From assembly GCA_000146045.2 (NCBI GenBank), contig BK006937.2, positions 1-64,000 of the forward strand: DNA of 64,000 bases, written 5' to 3'. This stretch comes from TPA_inf: Saccharomyces. Lineage: Eukaryota. The notes below the pieces were generated by a model. That model was not told where the DNA came from and made no database searches. It was given only the letters and a program-made list of their open reading frames with translations. The position numbers and the translations under genes were made by a program. This document shows, piece after piece, positions 44,623 through 54,940 of this stretch (position 1 is the stretch's first letter; every line of letters starts with the position of its first letter).

Positions 44623-46905
44623 CTATTTAATTAGCCATTGGGATTTCAACTTCTTGTTTGAAACAGAAGGACGGATAAAATACGTGATCACCAACAAGAC
44701 GAATATAGTAATAAGCAATTTACCCTTTTCGAAAGTAGGACTCATTAAATCAAATTGGCCCGAAGGTGTGATCCTTGTACAAAATACATCAAGGCCTAGA
44801 TCACATATAATGCTTGTGGATTCCAGATTGGTTGGGATGGAGATCAACTGCGAATCGGATCCTGGCAATAGATTTCTGAAATGAGTGATAATGAAATTAT
44901 CATTAATTGGGATAACTGGCGTGTATGGGGTAGCCATAAACTCTTTTTTCTTATCCTTGGCCATTTCTTCTGCTGGTTTACCTCTTGCATTCAATAAAAG
45001 CTTTGGTATGTAGGTGATTTGTCCATTTTCTAATTCCATAACGATTGCCTTTGTGGTAATATCATCCGTTGTCTTGGAAATGGACATTGTTTTGATAATC
45101 TCGGGAAAAATGAATTGTTTAGTTTGAAATTGAGGTTTGTTAATGTGTCCAGTCAATGGATCATAAGAAAAATTGTCGCTTGAGTTAGACAAACGCTCAT
45201 CTGGGGTTAGTGACTCATATAATTCCACCACTACTAACTTTTGTTCTGGAACAGGTTCAGAACTGAAATAGGAATAAACGACCCAATATTCACCGAAAAC
45301 AATATCCATTGGAAACCTAAAATCCGGAGAATCCTTGTGCTCTTGGGTAATGAGGATTTCTCCTGTAATGGTATCAATTAAGTTAAAAGTGATTGTATGA
45401 TGTTCTTCATTAGCGATCAGATAAGCCGCTAGGTTGGGGTACAAATATTTATAAAGAACCGATTTGTCACCTAGTGTAATACCAAGAGTGTTTAGGTTTG
45501 TTGTTTCCCTCTTGCTATATGCCACCATTTTCTCTTTCGAATTTACGGCTTTTTTCCAAGTTTGTTTTACCGTATCGTTTTCGATTATGTAGCCATAAAT
45601 GCCATTCGTGTCATGCTCTGTGACGAATATGTGGGAACTAGAATGGTTGTTGGCAACTATTGGTACATCCGTATTCTTGCCGGGATTCAATTTGAACAGT
45701 AAATGATCCTTATCCTCAAACTTAATCAGATACTGGTGATCATGTTCATTCAGCCTAATAACGGAATCAACAGTTTTCCTTTCAGATAGGGGGGATCTTG
45801 ATTTGATAATCGGTTGATCTTTAGTAACTTCAATTGTCAAATAATGCCCATCATGCGAAAAAACAACAAGTTCGTCATGGTTTTTATCCGTCCAGAACAT
45901 TTTGACGCCCTGATCAATTTCTAAATCGAGTTTCCAGATAAGTTGGCCCTTATTGACCATATCAAGGCCGCCGATAAAGCCATCATGCGTCAAAACAATT
46001 AAGATTTTGGCGAATCCGAACTTCAAATCTGATACCGTGGTATCCTTAGCGTCTAGAGCTAGGAGTTTAGTGAAGACACGTCCTGGTGAGAATTGGTTTT
46101 CTTTCAATAAGTTGATAAGGCGATTCCAATTAGTTGTCAATCTAAGCCAGTAAGCATTCCAAAGCGAATTTGAATCAAGTTCCGCTTTCATATCTTTGTT
46201 CAACTCCACATCCCTAGAATCGAAGACGTCCAATACAGCATAGTCTACCACGTTAGTCAACCATTCATCTCTTTGCCAAACGGGGATCAATTCTGTGCCA
46301 TTGGCAGAGAATCCCATATATTGGGTATCATTAACGTTCAACACTAACGCCAGGGGATCTTCACGATGAAAATATTCCACTTTATTGAACCCTTGAGGTA
46401 ACTCCAATTTCCATTCTGCCAGTTTTGACTGCTCATCGAGAATATGTAGTTCATTGTTCTTAATAGATACTTGATCGTTTAAATATGAGGATTGAGGTAA
46501 AATGGTCGTAGAAGGGGCATTATCTACGCCTTCCTCTAGTAAAAACCAATCGTGTAAATCATATTTCTGCCAATGGTTGCTTGAAGAGTTCACACAAACC
46601 ATTGCGTTATGGTCATTACTATCCAGTTGAATCTCATCAATGGTAAAGGGTAAAACGTTTCTGAAAAGAATCTGTCCGGAAGAAACGTTAAACGAAGAAA
46701 CTAAGCAGGAAGTTTCGGTAGGGTTCGATAAGATGAGAACCCTGTTGCGGTCTCGAGAATCAGGGATGACTTTCTCCCAAGGACCTAAGTTAGCCAGTTG
46801 CCAATCAGTGATAAATGCATCATCTGAAAAAACGGCTTGGACACAACTCGTGTTTAGGAAGAGTAAAATGAAGACGTACACCAAGTCTGTACACGTTATC
46901 TTCAT
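44623..46905 (-). CDS. EMC1: ER membrane protein complex subunit 1
   Basis: 760 aa with a signal peptide MKITCTDLVYVFILLFLNTSCVQA. It has a large luminal beta-rich domain and a C-terminal TM. Confidence 0.9.
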   Translation of the reverse strand: MKITCTDLVYVFILLFLNTSCVQAVFSDDAFITDWQLANLGPWEKVIPDSRDRNRVLILSNPTETSCLVSSFNVSSGQILFRNVLPFTIDEIQLDSNDHNAMVCVNSSSNHWQKYDLHDWFLLEEGVDNAPSTTILPQSSYLNDQVSIKNNELHILDEQSKLAEWKLELPQGFNKVEYFHREDPLALVLNVNDTQYMGFSANGTELIPVWQRDEWLTNVVDYAVLDVFDSRDVELNKDMKAELDSNSLWNAYWLRLTTNWNRLINLLKENQFSPGRVFTKLLALDAKDTTVSDLKFGFAKILIVLTHDGFIGGLDMVNKGQLIWKLDLEIDQGVKMFWTDKNHDELVVFSHDGHYLTIEVTKDQPIIKSRSPLSERKTVDSVIRLNEHDHQYLIKFEDKDHLLFKLNPGKNTDVPIVANNHSSSHIFVTEHDTNGIYGYIIENDTVKQTWKKAVNSKEKMVAYSKRETTNLNTLGITLGDKSVLYKYLYPNLAAYLIANEEHHTITFNLIDTITGEILITQEHKDSPDFRFPMDIVFGEYWVVYSYFSSEPVPEQKLVVVELYESLTPDERLSNSSDNFSYDPLTGHINKPQFQTKQFIFPEIIKTMSISKTTDDITTKAIVMELENGQITYIPKLLLNARGKPAEEMAKDKKKEFMATPYTPVIPINDNFIITHFRNLLPGSDSQLISIPTNLESTSIICDLGLDVFCTRITPSGQFDLMSPTFEKGKLLITIFVLLVITYFIRPSVSNKKLKSQWLIK

Positions 46906-47110
46906 TGCTATGGGGGAAGGGGAGGATGAAAGTGTTGATATGAATGTAGGTATTAGTTATTAATGGAGTGTATATATATATATGTTATTATATATTTGCA
47001 TATATAATATGAAATCCCAGCCATATTTTCTCTGGTAGCCGTCTGAAAAATCACGGTGTACGAAGAAGGATTTAATATACGCACGGTACAACTAAGCAAT
47101 CCGCAAAGAC

Positions 47111-48364
47111 CTAATGTGTCTTTTCATTAGTGAGAGCCTTGGGGGTAGGCCCTGGTAACGGCTGGTCCGTGCTAGTGGGTGTCTTGGTATGGGAGGGCAT
47201 GGTAGTTGGTATGAATTTGATGCTTAGCGAAGTTTCTAAGGCCAAAGTCATCCATGGATCATAAAGCGATCTTATTGTATCGAGATCAATATCTTGCGGG
47301 CCTTTCGTGTCATGGGGCAAAATGACACCTCGGGAGAGTGTGGTGCTGGATCTCTTCTTTACTGGTGCGGAAATGGAATCTCCCGAAGATGCTAAGAAAT
47401 GCAGTCTTTTTTCCACATTTTGTAGATGGAGTTTTTTGGACTCGGAAAGACCTTCAAGGCCAGTAGAAGAAGACTGCGGATTGTGGGATATGGAATTGAT
47501 GAGTTCAATGGAATTTTCTCTAATGTTTCTTTTATTTTGAAAAAACTCGAACATGTCCAAGTGAAATTCCATGCGATTGAGGTACTCGTTGAAAGACATG
47601 GGCTTGTATTCCAAGGGTCCGAACCATTTAATAATGGGATTCTGCGCCTCAACTTGCGCTCTAGCGAGAGCGACGCTTTGTTTGACCTCAGGGATATTTG
47701 TCGAGAGAGGAGTACCGTTCATAGCATCCTTGACTTTTATTTTGGTGGGGTCTATGCCCTCGTGATAATATTTGACAATATTGTTGAAAAACTTCTTGTC
47801 ACGTACGGATTTCATTTCGTCGCACCAGGGGTCGTATTTAAGAAAGTTCAGGCGAGTAAGCTCCAACAGTGACTGAGAAAGTAGCAAAGAGCCAAACAAC
47901 CCCCATAAGAGCTTTCTGACGCTGACGAATCGAGATTGGCGAGGTATGATGGGAGGAGGGGCGAGCACAATGTCACCATGGGTGGTGGAGAAGCGGTTCA
48001 AAGTTGGAAAGTCAGCAATATCCTTTTTGATTTTAGTCTTGCCATTGACAATCATTTCACTGGGTAGTTCGCCAAAGGATAAATCCGAGTGAGTGCCAGT
48101 GGCAATGCGGCGCGGTGGCGGTAGTTTGTAGAGCCTTCTCAGTCTCCAAAGGGCAAAGAAACCCACTGCAGATTGGATAGTGATTAGAGTGTATAGTCCC
48201 GGTAGGTTATCAGGAGCGGGTACGAGCGGACCCCACAGTTTTAAGCCTAAACTTGGCCTTATGTAGAATTTCTTGATATCATTATCATCTTTGTCGTGGT
48301 CATCTTGTGTGTGAGTATGGTCGGTGGAATTGCTATTACCTGATGGAGGAGTAAATACAGCCAT
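47111..48364 (-). CDS. MGR1: Mitochondrial inner-membrane i-AAA protease adaptor subunit
   Basis: 417 aa, MAVFTPPSGNSNSTDHTHTQDDHDKDDND..., with two TM segments. Confidence 0.85.
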   Translation of the reverse strand: MAVFTPPSGNSNSTDHTHTQDDHDKDDNDIKKFYIRPSLGLKLWGPLVPAPDNLPGLYTLITIQSAVGFFALWRLRRLYKLPPPRRIATGTHSDLSFGELPSEMIVNGKTKIKKDIADFPTLNRFSTTHGDIVLAPPPIIPRQSRFVSVRKLLWGLFGSLLLSQSLLELTRLNFLKYDPWCDEMKSVRDKKFFNNIVKYYHEGIDPTKIKVKDAMNGTPLSTNIPEVKQSVALARAQVEAQNPIIKWFGPLEYKPMSFNEYLNRMEFHLDMFEFFQNKRNIRENSIELINSISHNPQSSSTGLEGLSESKKLHLQNVEKRLHFLASSGDSISAPVKKRSSTTLSRGVILPHDTKGPQDIDLDTIRSLYDPWMTLALETSLSIKFIPTTMPSHTKTPTSTDQPLPGPTPKALTNEKTH

Positions 48365-48652
48365 CTTTTATTACGGTAATTGGAAAAGGAGAGGGAATGG
48401 AGGAGGATGAGATAAGTAGTTTCCTAAGCAGTAAAGCAAGTGTCCACATTTAAGTAAAAGACGATGCCATGCACTTATTATTACTACGTGGTCAATTTTC
48501 TCTTTCCCTAAGGCGTTCGTGCAGTGTGACGAATATAGCGAACAACTATTGTGTTTGAATTTTAACGTTTATCTTTTTATGATTTTTTTAAAAAAACTTC
48601 CTAGAAAATTTCTTATATATCTCTATTTAATGAAAAACCAAAGTGATCAGAA

Positions 48653-50221
48653 TTACAATTCATCGTGAATGGCATCTTCTTCGTCAGCCAATTCAGCGTC
48701 AGCATCGGCTTCCTCAGCAGCTTTTTCCTGGGCTTCTTCGTACAAGGCCTTACCGTCGACGTCGAAGTGACCGTTTTCCTTGATGAAGTCGAATAAAGAG
48801 TCCAAGGATCTTGAACCTTGGTACACAACAGATTCGGACTTCTTACCACCTGGGTATAAGACGATTGTTGGGTAACCTTCAATTACGACGCCTCTGACAT
48901 CGTTTTCAGTGTGGTCTAGTTTAGCAATCAAAACGTCGGATGTGGCGTTGGCGTAGGTATCAGCTAGTTCTTGGTAAGTTGGGGCCAATCTCTTACAGTG
49001 ACCACACCATGGGGCATAGTACAAAACAAGAACGTCCTTCTTTGGGTCGTTGACGATTTCGTCATGGTTCTTACCGACCAATTGGAAGACAGAGGAATCT
49101 TGGTTCTCGAAGATCTCTTGGGACTTCACGATTGGGGAGGCATCACCTTTCAAGAAGTCCTTAACCAAAGATTCAATAGCCTTAGACTCCAACACGATCT
49201 TGTCGCTCAATTCGTCAAACGCCTCTTCAGAGAGTTGAGGCAAACCGTACTTCAAGTCTTCAGTCATGTCGTGGATGGCAAATAGAGGGAATTGTTCCTT
49301 CATGTTCAAGTTGCCGGCGTGTCTGCCGAATTTTCTGGCATCGATGCTAACAAAGTTCATTAGACCTCTGTTCTTTTTGGCCAACTCGGTAAAGAGAGGC
49401 TTGTATTCTTCCAATTCTTCCTCGTCATTGTAGAATAAGTAACCCAAAGGCAAACCGCTTTCGACGTATTGGGCGAAAACGGAACCGTCGATTTCACCAA
49501 AGTAGGGCAAGGCTTCCACTTGCAACCATTTTTCAAAAACATCAGCGTCAGCGATATCGGCTTTCTTACCGTTGTATACTACAGGCTCGTCCATGGCGGA
49601 GGGCAAGTAAATAGAAAGCTTGAAATCATCGTCTGCGTTTTCAGCGGAGACAAAGTCGTAGTCGTTGAAGTGTTTGTTGGCCATGGAGTAAAAGGTGGCG
49701 TTGAAGTCGGCGTCAATCTTACCGGATTGGACGATAACTGGAGTGACAAAAGTCTCGTTAGCAAGGTAAGCTGGTAGATCAGCAACAACGGCGACAGCCG
49801 GTTGGCTTTGCTTGATCATGAATTGGACAATGGCCTCGGCAGTTCTAGGTCCCTCGTAATCGATCGAGTTGTTAACATCGCTGTTTTTGAAAATCTTCAA
49901 GCTTGGGAACCCTGGAATGTTGTGTTCCATACACAGATCCTGGTTTTCAGTACAGTCGATCTGGGCCAAGGTAATGTTTTTCTCAACTAAAGTCTCGGCG
50001 GCTTTAACGTATTCAGGAGCCATGTTCTTACAGTGGCCACACCATGGAGCAAAAAACTCCGCAAGCACCAAGTCGTGCGACTGAATGTACTCATTGAAGG
50101 AGTCGGTGGCCAACTTAACGACAGCGGAGTCTTCAGGGGCCACAGCCTCTTGTTGGGCGAAAACAGAGGAGGCGAGCAGCAGGGAGGACCATGACAGGAC
50201 GGCACCAGCAGAAAACTTCAT
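48653..50221 (-). CDS. PDI1: Protein disulfide isomerase
   Basis: 522 aa with a signal peptide. Two thioredoxin active sites are present (APWCGHCK twice). The acidic C-terminus ends in HDEL. Confidence 0.97.
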   Translation of the reverse strand: MKFSAGAVLSWSSLLLASSVFAQQEAVAPEDSAVVKLATDSFNEYIQSHDLVLAEFFAPWCGHCKNMAPEYVKAAETLVEKNITLAQIDCTENQDLCMEHNIPGFPSLKIFKNSDVNNSIDYEGPRTAEAIVQFMIKQSQPAVAVVADLPAYLANETFVTPVIVQSGKIDADFNATFYSMANKHFNDYDFVSAENADDDFKLSIYLPSAMDEPVVYNGKKADIADADVFEKWLQVEALPYFGEIDGSVFAQYVESGLPLGYLFYNDEEELEEYKPLFTELAKKNRGLMNFVSIDARKFGRHAGNLNMKEQFPLFAIHDMTEDLKYGLPQLSEEAFDELSDKIVLESKAIESLVKDFLKGDASPIVKSQEIFENQDSSVFQLVGKNHDEIVNDPKKDVLVLYYAPWCGHCKRLAPTYQELADTYANATSDVLIAKLDHTENDVRGVVIEGYPTIVLYPGGKKSESVVYQGSRSLDSLFDFIKENGHFDVDGKALYEEAQEKAAEEADADAELADEEDAIHDEL

Positions 50222-50318
50222 AACGGGATAGATGTATGTTTTTCTTTATGTAGAGCTTGGCAGCTTTAAAATTACCAATTAGACATGCTGCTTGCAACAA
50301 GAAAATGCACGCGTAACA

Positions 50319-50352
<34 letters not shown>

Positions 50353-50503
50353 CCATACGGGTTTTTCGTTTTGTTGTGGTTGTAACAGCACAACAAAATG
50401 CTACACGGTGGCAAATTGGAAAAAGAGACTAGTGAGAGAAAAGGGAAAAAGAGGCGCCGCCCGACAGGGTAACATATTATCACGTGCAGCCCAGGATAAT
50501 TTT

Positions 50504-50522
50504 CAGGACACGTGTTTCGAAA
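50504..50522. promoter_or_regulatory. UPRE-like element upstream of PDI1
   Basis: CAGGACACGTGTTTCGAAA resembles the KAR2 unfolded-protein-response element GGACAGCGTGTCGAAA. It lies about 285 bp upstream of the PDI1 ATG on the minus strand. Confidence 0.5.
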
Positions 50523-50583
50523 GGTTTGTCGCTCCGAAAAAATCAAAAAAAACAAAAAACGGGAAATAACAATAACGACAAAA

Positions 50584-50943
50584 ATGGAAAAAAAAAAAAT
50601 TTTAGACGCGGCGCTTGCACCCCGCATTATAAGTGGTGTGCCGACGGACGGTCAACCCCTTTCAGGGGGCCCCCTATCTTGGGCGTGGTGTCACACCACG
50701 CTCAAACGGTGGGCACTAATGAAAACGCGCCCATATAAATATCCGCTATCAACAGAACCCCCAACCCCCCCATCAGTGCCCAACTCAGCTTCCGTAAACC
50801 ACAACACCACCACTAATACAACTCTATCATACACAAGATGTCATTCGACGACTTACACAAAGCCACTGAGAGAGCGGTCATCCAGGCCGTGGACCAGATC
50901 TGCGACGATTTCGAGGTTACCCCCGAGAAGCTGGACGAATTAA
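50584..50943 (+). CDS. Dubious/uncharacterised ORF in the GLK1 promoter that overlaps the GLK1 start (YCL042W-type)
   Basis: 119 aa from MEKKKILDAALAPRIIS. It overlaps GLK1 out of frame and is probably not a true gene. A 164-codon ORF on the minus strand (50133-50627) is similarly dubious. Confidence 0.2.
   Translation: MEKKKILDAALAPRIISGVPTDGQPLSGGPLSWAWCHTTLKRWALMKTRPYKYPLSTEPPTPPSVPNSASVNHNTTTNTTLSYTRCHSTTYTKPLRERSSRPWTRSATISRLPPRSWTN
50655..50678. promoter_or_regulatory. Cluster of three STRE (CCCCT/AGGGG) stress-response elements upstream of GLK1
   Basis: CCCCTTTCAGGGGGCCCCCT reads as CCCCT, AGGGG, CCCCT within 25 bp, about 170 bp upstream of the GLK1 ATG. Confidence 0.6.
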
Positions 50944-52340
50944 CTGCTTACTTCATCGAACAAATGGAAAAAGGTCTAGCTCCACCAAAGGAAGGCCACA
51001 CATTGGCCTCGGACAAAGGTCTTCCTATGATTCCGGCGTTCGTCACCGGGTCACCCAACGGGACGGAGCGCGGTGTTTTACTAGCCGCCGACCTGGGTGG
51101 TACCAATTTCCGTATATGTTCTGTTAACTTGCATGGAGATCATACTTTCTCCATGGAGCAAATGAAGTCCAAGATTCCCGATGATTTGCTAGACGATGAG
51201 AACGTCACATCTGACGACCTGTTTGGGTTTCTAGCACGTCGTACACTGGCCTTTATGAAGAAGTATCACCCGGACGAGTTGGCCAAGGGTAAAGACGCCA
51301 AGCCCATGAAACTGGGGTTCACTTTCTCATACCCTGTAGACCAGACCTCTCTAAACTCCGGGACATTGATCCGTTGGACCAAGGGTTTCCGCATCGCGGA
51401 CACCGTCGGAAAGGATGTCGTGCAATTGTACCAGGAGCAATTAAGCGCTCAGGGTATGCCTATGATCAAGGTTGTTGCATTAACCAACGACACCGTCGGA
51501 ACGTACCTATCGCATTGCTACACGTCCGATAACACGGACTCAATGACGTCCGGAGAAATCTCGGAGCCGGTCATCGGATGTATTTTCGGTACCGGTACCA
51601 ATGGGTGCTATATGGAGGAGATCAACAAGATCACGAAGTTGCCACAGGAGTTGCGTGACAAGTTGATAAAGGAGGGTAAGACACACATGATCATCAATGT
51701 CGAATGGGGGTCCTTCGATAATGAGCTCAAGCACTTGCCTACTACTAAGTATGACGTCGTAATTGACCAGAAACTGTCAACGAACCCGGGATTTCACTTG
51801 TTTGAAAAACGTGTCTCAGGGATGTTCTTGGGTGAGGTGTTGCGTAACATTTTAGTGGACTTGCACTCGCAAGGCTTGCTTTTGCAACAGTACAGGTCCA
51901 AGGAACAACTTCCTCGCCACTTGACTACACCTTTCCAGTTGTCATCCGAAGTGCTGTCGCATATTGAAATTGACGACTCGACAGGTCTACGTGAAACAGA
52001 GTTGTCATTATTACAGAGTCTCAGACTGCCCACCACTCCAACAGAGCGTGTTCAAATTCAAAAATTGGTGCGCGCGATTTCTAGGAGATCTGCGTATTTA
52101 GCCGCCGTGCCGCTTGCCGCGATATTGATCAAGACAAATGCTTTGAACAAGAGATATCATGGTGAAGTCGAGATCGGTTGTGATGGTTCCGTTGTGGAAT
52201 ACTACCCCGGTTTCAGATCTATGCTGAGACACGCCTTAGCCTTGTCACCCTTGGGTGCCGAGGGTGAGAGGAAGGTGCACTTGAAGATTGCCAAGGATGG
52301 TTCCGGAGTGGGTGCCGCCTTGTGTGCGCTTGTAGCATGA
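50838..52340 (+). CDS. GLK1: Glucokinase (hexokinase family)
   Basis: 500 aa, MSFDDLHKATERAVIQAVDQICDDF.... Hexokinase signatures are present: LGFTFSYP and the ATP-binding region GTGTNGCY. Confidence 0.95.
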   Translation: MSFDDLHKATERAVIQAVDQICDDFEVTPEKLDELTAYFIEQMEKGLAPPKEGHTLASDKGLPMIPAFVTGSPNGTERGVLLAADLGGTNFRICSVNLHGDHTFSMEQMKSKIPDDLLDDENVTSDDLFGFLARRTLAFMKKYHPDELAKGKDAKPMKLGFTFSYPVDQTSLNSGTLIRWTKGFRIADTVGKDVVQLYQEQLSAQGMPMIKVVALTNDTVGTYLSHCYTSDNTDSMTSGEISEPVIGCIFGTGTNGCYMEEINKITKLPQELRDKLIKEGKTHMIINVEWGSFDNELKHLPTTKYDVVIDQKLSTNPGFHLFEKRVSGMFLGEVLRNILVDLHSQGLLLQQYRSKEQLPRHLTTPFQLSSEVLSHIEIDDSTGLRETELSLLQSLRLPTTPTERVQIQKLVRAISRRSAYLAAVPLAAILIKTNALNKRYHGEVEIGCDGSVVEYYPGFRSMLRHALALSPLGAEGERKVHLKIAKDGSGVGAALCALVA

Positions 52341-52644
52341 TCTTTTTACATTTTTTTGGTTTGTGTACGTATCCCACCGTACTTACCATCTTCTCTCCTT
52401 TATATATATATATATATATGTATATTTTCAGTGTATATACATACATTCTTATACAATACCGTATAAGAACGTATGTATGTATGTATGATTTTCTCACATT
52501 AATGAACAATATCATCGGAAACGGGCCTTTGGTTTTTAAGGGAAAATGAAGAACAATAAATGCCTTGCTAGGTCTTCCTTTATCATTTTTGGAAGTCAAA
52601 TATGAAAAACACTTCCAAGGGGGCGTACTACTTCAACTAATAAA

Positions 52645-54882
52645 ATGTCACACACTAATAAGATCGCATACGTGTTGAACAATGACACGGAGGAAACAGC
52701 CTCGCCCTCTTCCGTTGGTTGTTTTGACAAGAAACAGCTCACTAAATTACTGATACATACTCTAAAGGAGCTGGGCTACGACTCCGCCGCTAACCAGTTA
52801 CTGCTAGAGAGCGGCGGATATCAAAATGAGTCTAACCACATCCAGACTTTCTTCAAACTCATCAAGACCGGCCAATTCCATCTTATTAATTGGCAGATTG
52901 TTTGCTCGCTGCCCCTTGCCCATAGCTCTCCGCTAAGGTCCGAATGGCTTCAAAGGCTGCTCATTCCCACGCCGACGCCCGCCACGACTTCACTTTTCGA
53001 CCACATGCTCCTGCAACTGCAATACCTGCAACAGCTGATGAGCTCTGTAAATTCATCTACTTGTTCGGACGCAGAGATCGCCACGCTCAGAAATTACGTA
53101 GAGATCATGATTCTAGTTAATAGACAAATATTCCTCGAATTCTTCCATCCAGTCACAAATTCCGCCTCTCACAAGGGCCCTCACACTGCACTGCCCGTCC
53201 TGTATTTGCGCAAAATCCTCAAAAACTTCATCGAGATATGGGATTCCCTGCTGGTGTCTAACGATCAGTTCCTAAATGAAGAAAACATCTTCAATCCGGA
53301 AACGACCTTGAGAGAACTGTCGACGTACCTGACCAACCCAAAACTAACCGCGCAGTTGAACCTCGAGCGAGACCATCTGATTGACGCCATCTCCAAATAT
53401 ATCGATCCGAACGAACTCGTTCCCAAGGGTCGTCTCTTGCATCTCTTGAAACAGGCCATCAAGTATCAACAATCACAAGACATTTTTAATATCATCGATC
53501 CGGATGATGACGCCTCTTTCTCCTCTCCACCCCACCGGATCAACCTTTTGCAGGATAACTTCTCACACGATCTGACTGTGACCTTTCAAGAATGGAAGAC
53601 TATCCAAGACACCACAGACGAAATTTGGTTTTTGACATTTTCGCCCAATGGCAAGTATTTGGCTTCTGCGACTTCCGAGTCTTCAAGAGGCTACTTCATT
53701 ACTGTTTATGATGTGGAACAAGACTTCAAAATTTATAAGACTTGCGTGAGCTTGTCACAATCCGTATTGTACCTCATGTTTTCTCCTGATAGCCGGTATC
53801 TGGTTGCTTGCCCTTTCAGCGAAGATGTTACCATTTACGACATGAATGCCACCTCCCTGCCCGATGCGTCTGCCACAGACTCGTTCCTACTATACCCTTC
53901 TACCAGGCTCTCGCCCATGGACTCGTTTAAACTGGACACCACCACGTACCCAGATGATACCGAATCATCAGCATCATCTTCCTCGAGGCCGGCAAACGCG
54001 AATTCTAATCAATCAAGAGTATGGTGCTGCGATGCCTTCCACACTGCGGAACGTGCGGGCTGGATGGTGGTTGGATCGCCCGACAGAGAAGCTATTGTAC
54101 ACTCACTCACCACGAAAGAGTCACTTTTTAGCTTAAAAGGCAGGACTTGTATCGCGTTGGGCCACGATGAAAACATCTCTGGGAGAAAATCAATCGATCC
54201 TGCAAAAGTCCTTTACAAACCAACAAGTAGCAATGGTAACTGGCAATATGTGGAGGACGACGAAACCTTTCCACGTGTGCACGACGTGAAAATCAGCTAT
54301 GACGATAAATACGTGCTTTTAATGACCCACCAGGGCGTTATAGATGTCTACGATTTCAGTGGGTTCCCCTCCAAAGAGGAGCTATCTAAGCAAACAGTGG
54401 ATCCCAAAAACTTTCTGATTCCAAGGATCGCAAGATTGGACGTGGGCAAAAACATGACTTGTATCTCATTACCGCTAAATACCACGCATCAAGGCTTCCA
54501 TAGGCAACAAATATCCGAGTCTCAACATTTGGTATTAGTTAGCCTTCAAGATAACGAATTACAAATGTGGGACTATAAAGAAAATATTCTCATACAAAAG
54601 TACTTTGGACAGAAGCAACAGCACTTTATTATCAGATCTTGCTTCGCCTACGGTAATAAGCTTGTCATGAGCGGATCAGAAGATGGTAAAATTTACATTT
54701 GGGATAGAATTAGAGGTAACCTAGTATCTGTTTTATCCGGTCATTCCACGGTAATGAGTAATTCCACAAAACCCATGGGGAAAAATTGTAACGTAGTTGC
54801 ATCAAACCCTGCAGATAAAGAAATGTTTGCTTCTGGCGGTGATGACGGTAAGATAAAAATCTGGAAAATTTCAAGAAATTAA
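52645..54882 (+). CDS. GID7: GID/CTLH ubiquitin ligase complex subunit (LisH/CTLH plus WD40 repeats)
   Basis: 745 aa, [17 protein letters not shown].... WD-repeat signatures occur toward the C-terminus ([23 protein letters not shown]). Confidence 0.9.
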
Positions 54883-54940
54883 TACTCCACCTTATATATA
54901 TACGTAAGCAAAGTTTTATGTAACAAAAAAAAAAAAAGAA

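Noticed and set aside
46640-46963. 107-codon plus-strand ORF overlapping the 5' end of EMC1 (YCL046W-type)
   Set aside because: It fully overlaps the N-terminal coding region and promoter of a conserved gene on the other strand, consistent with a dubious annotation.
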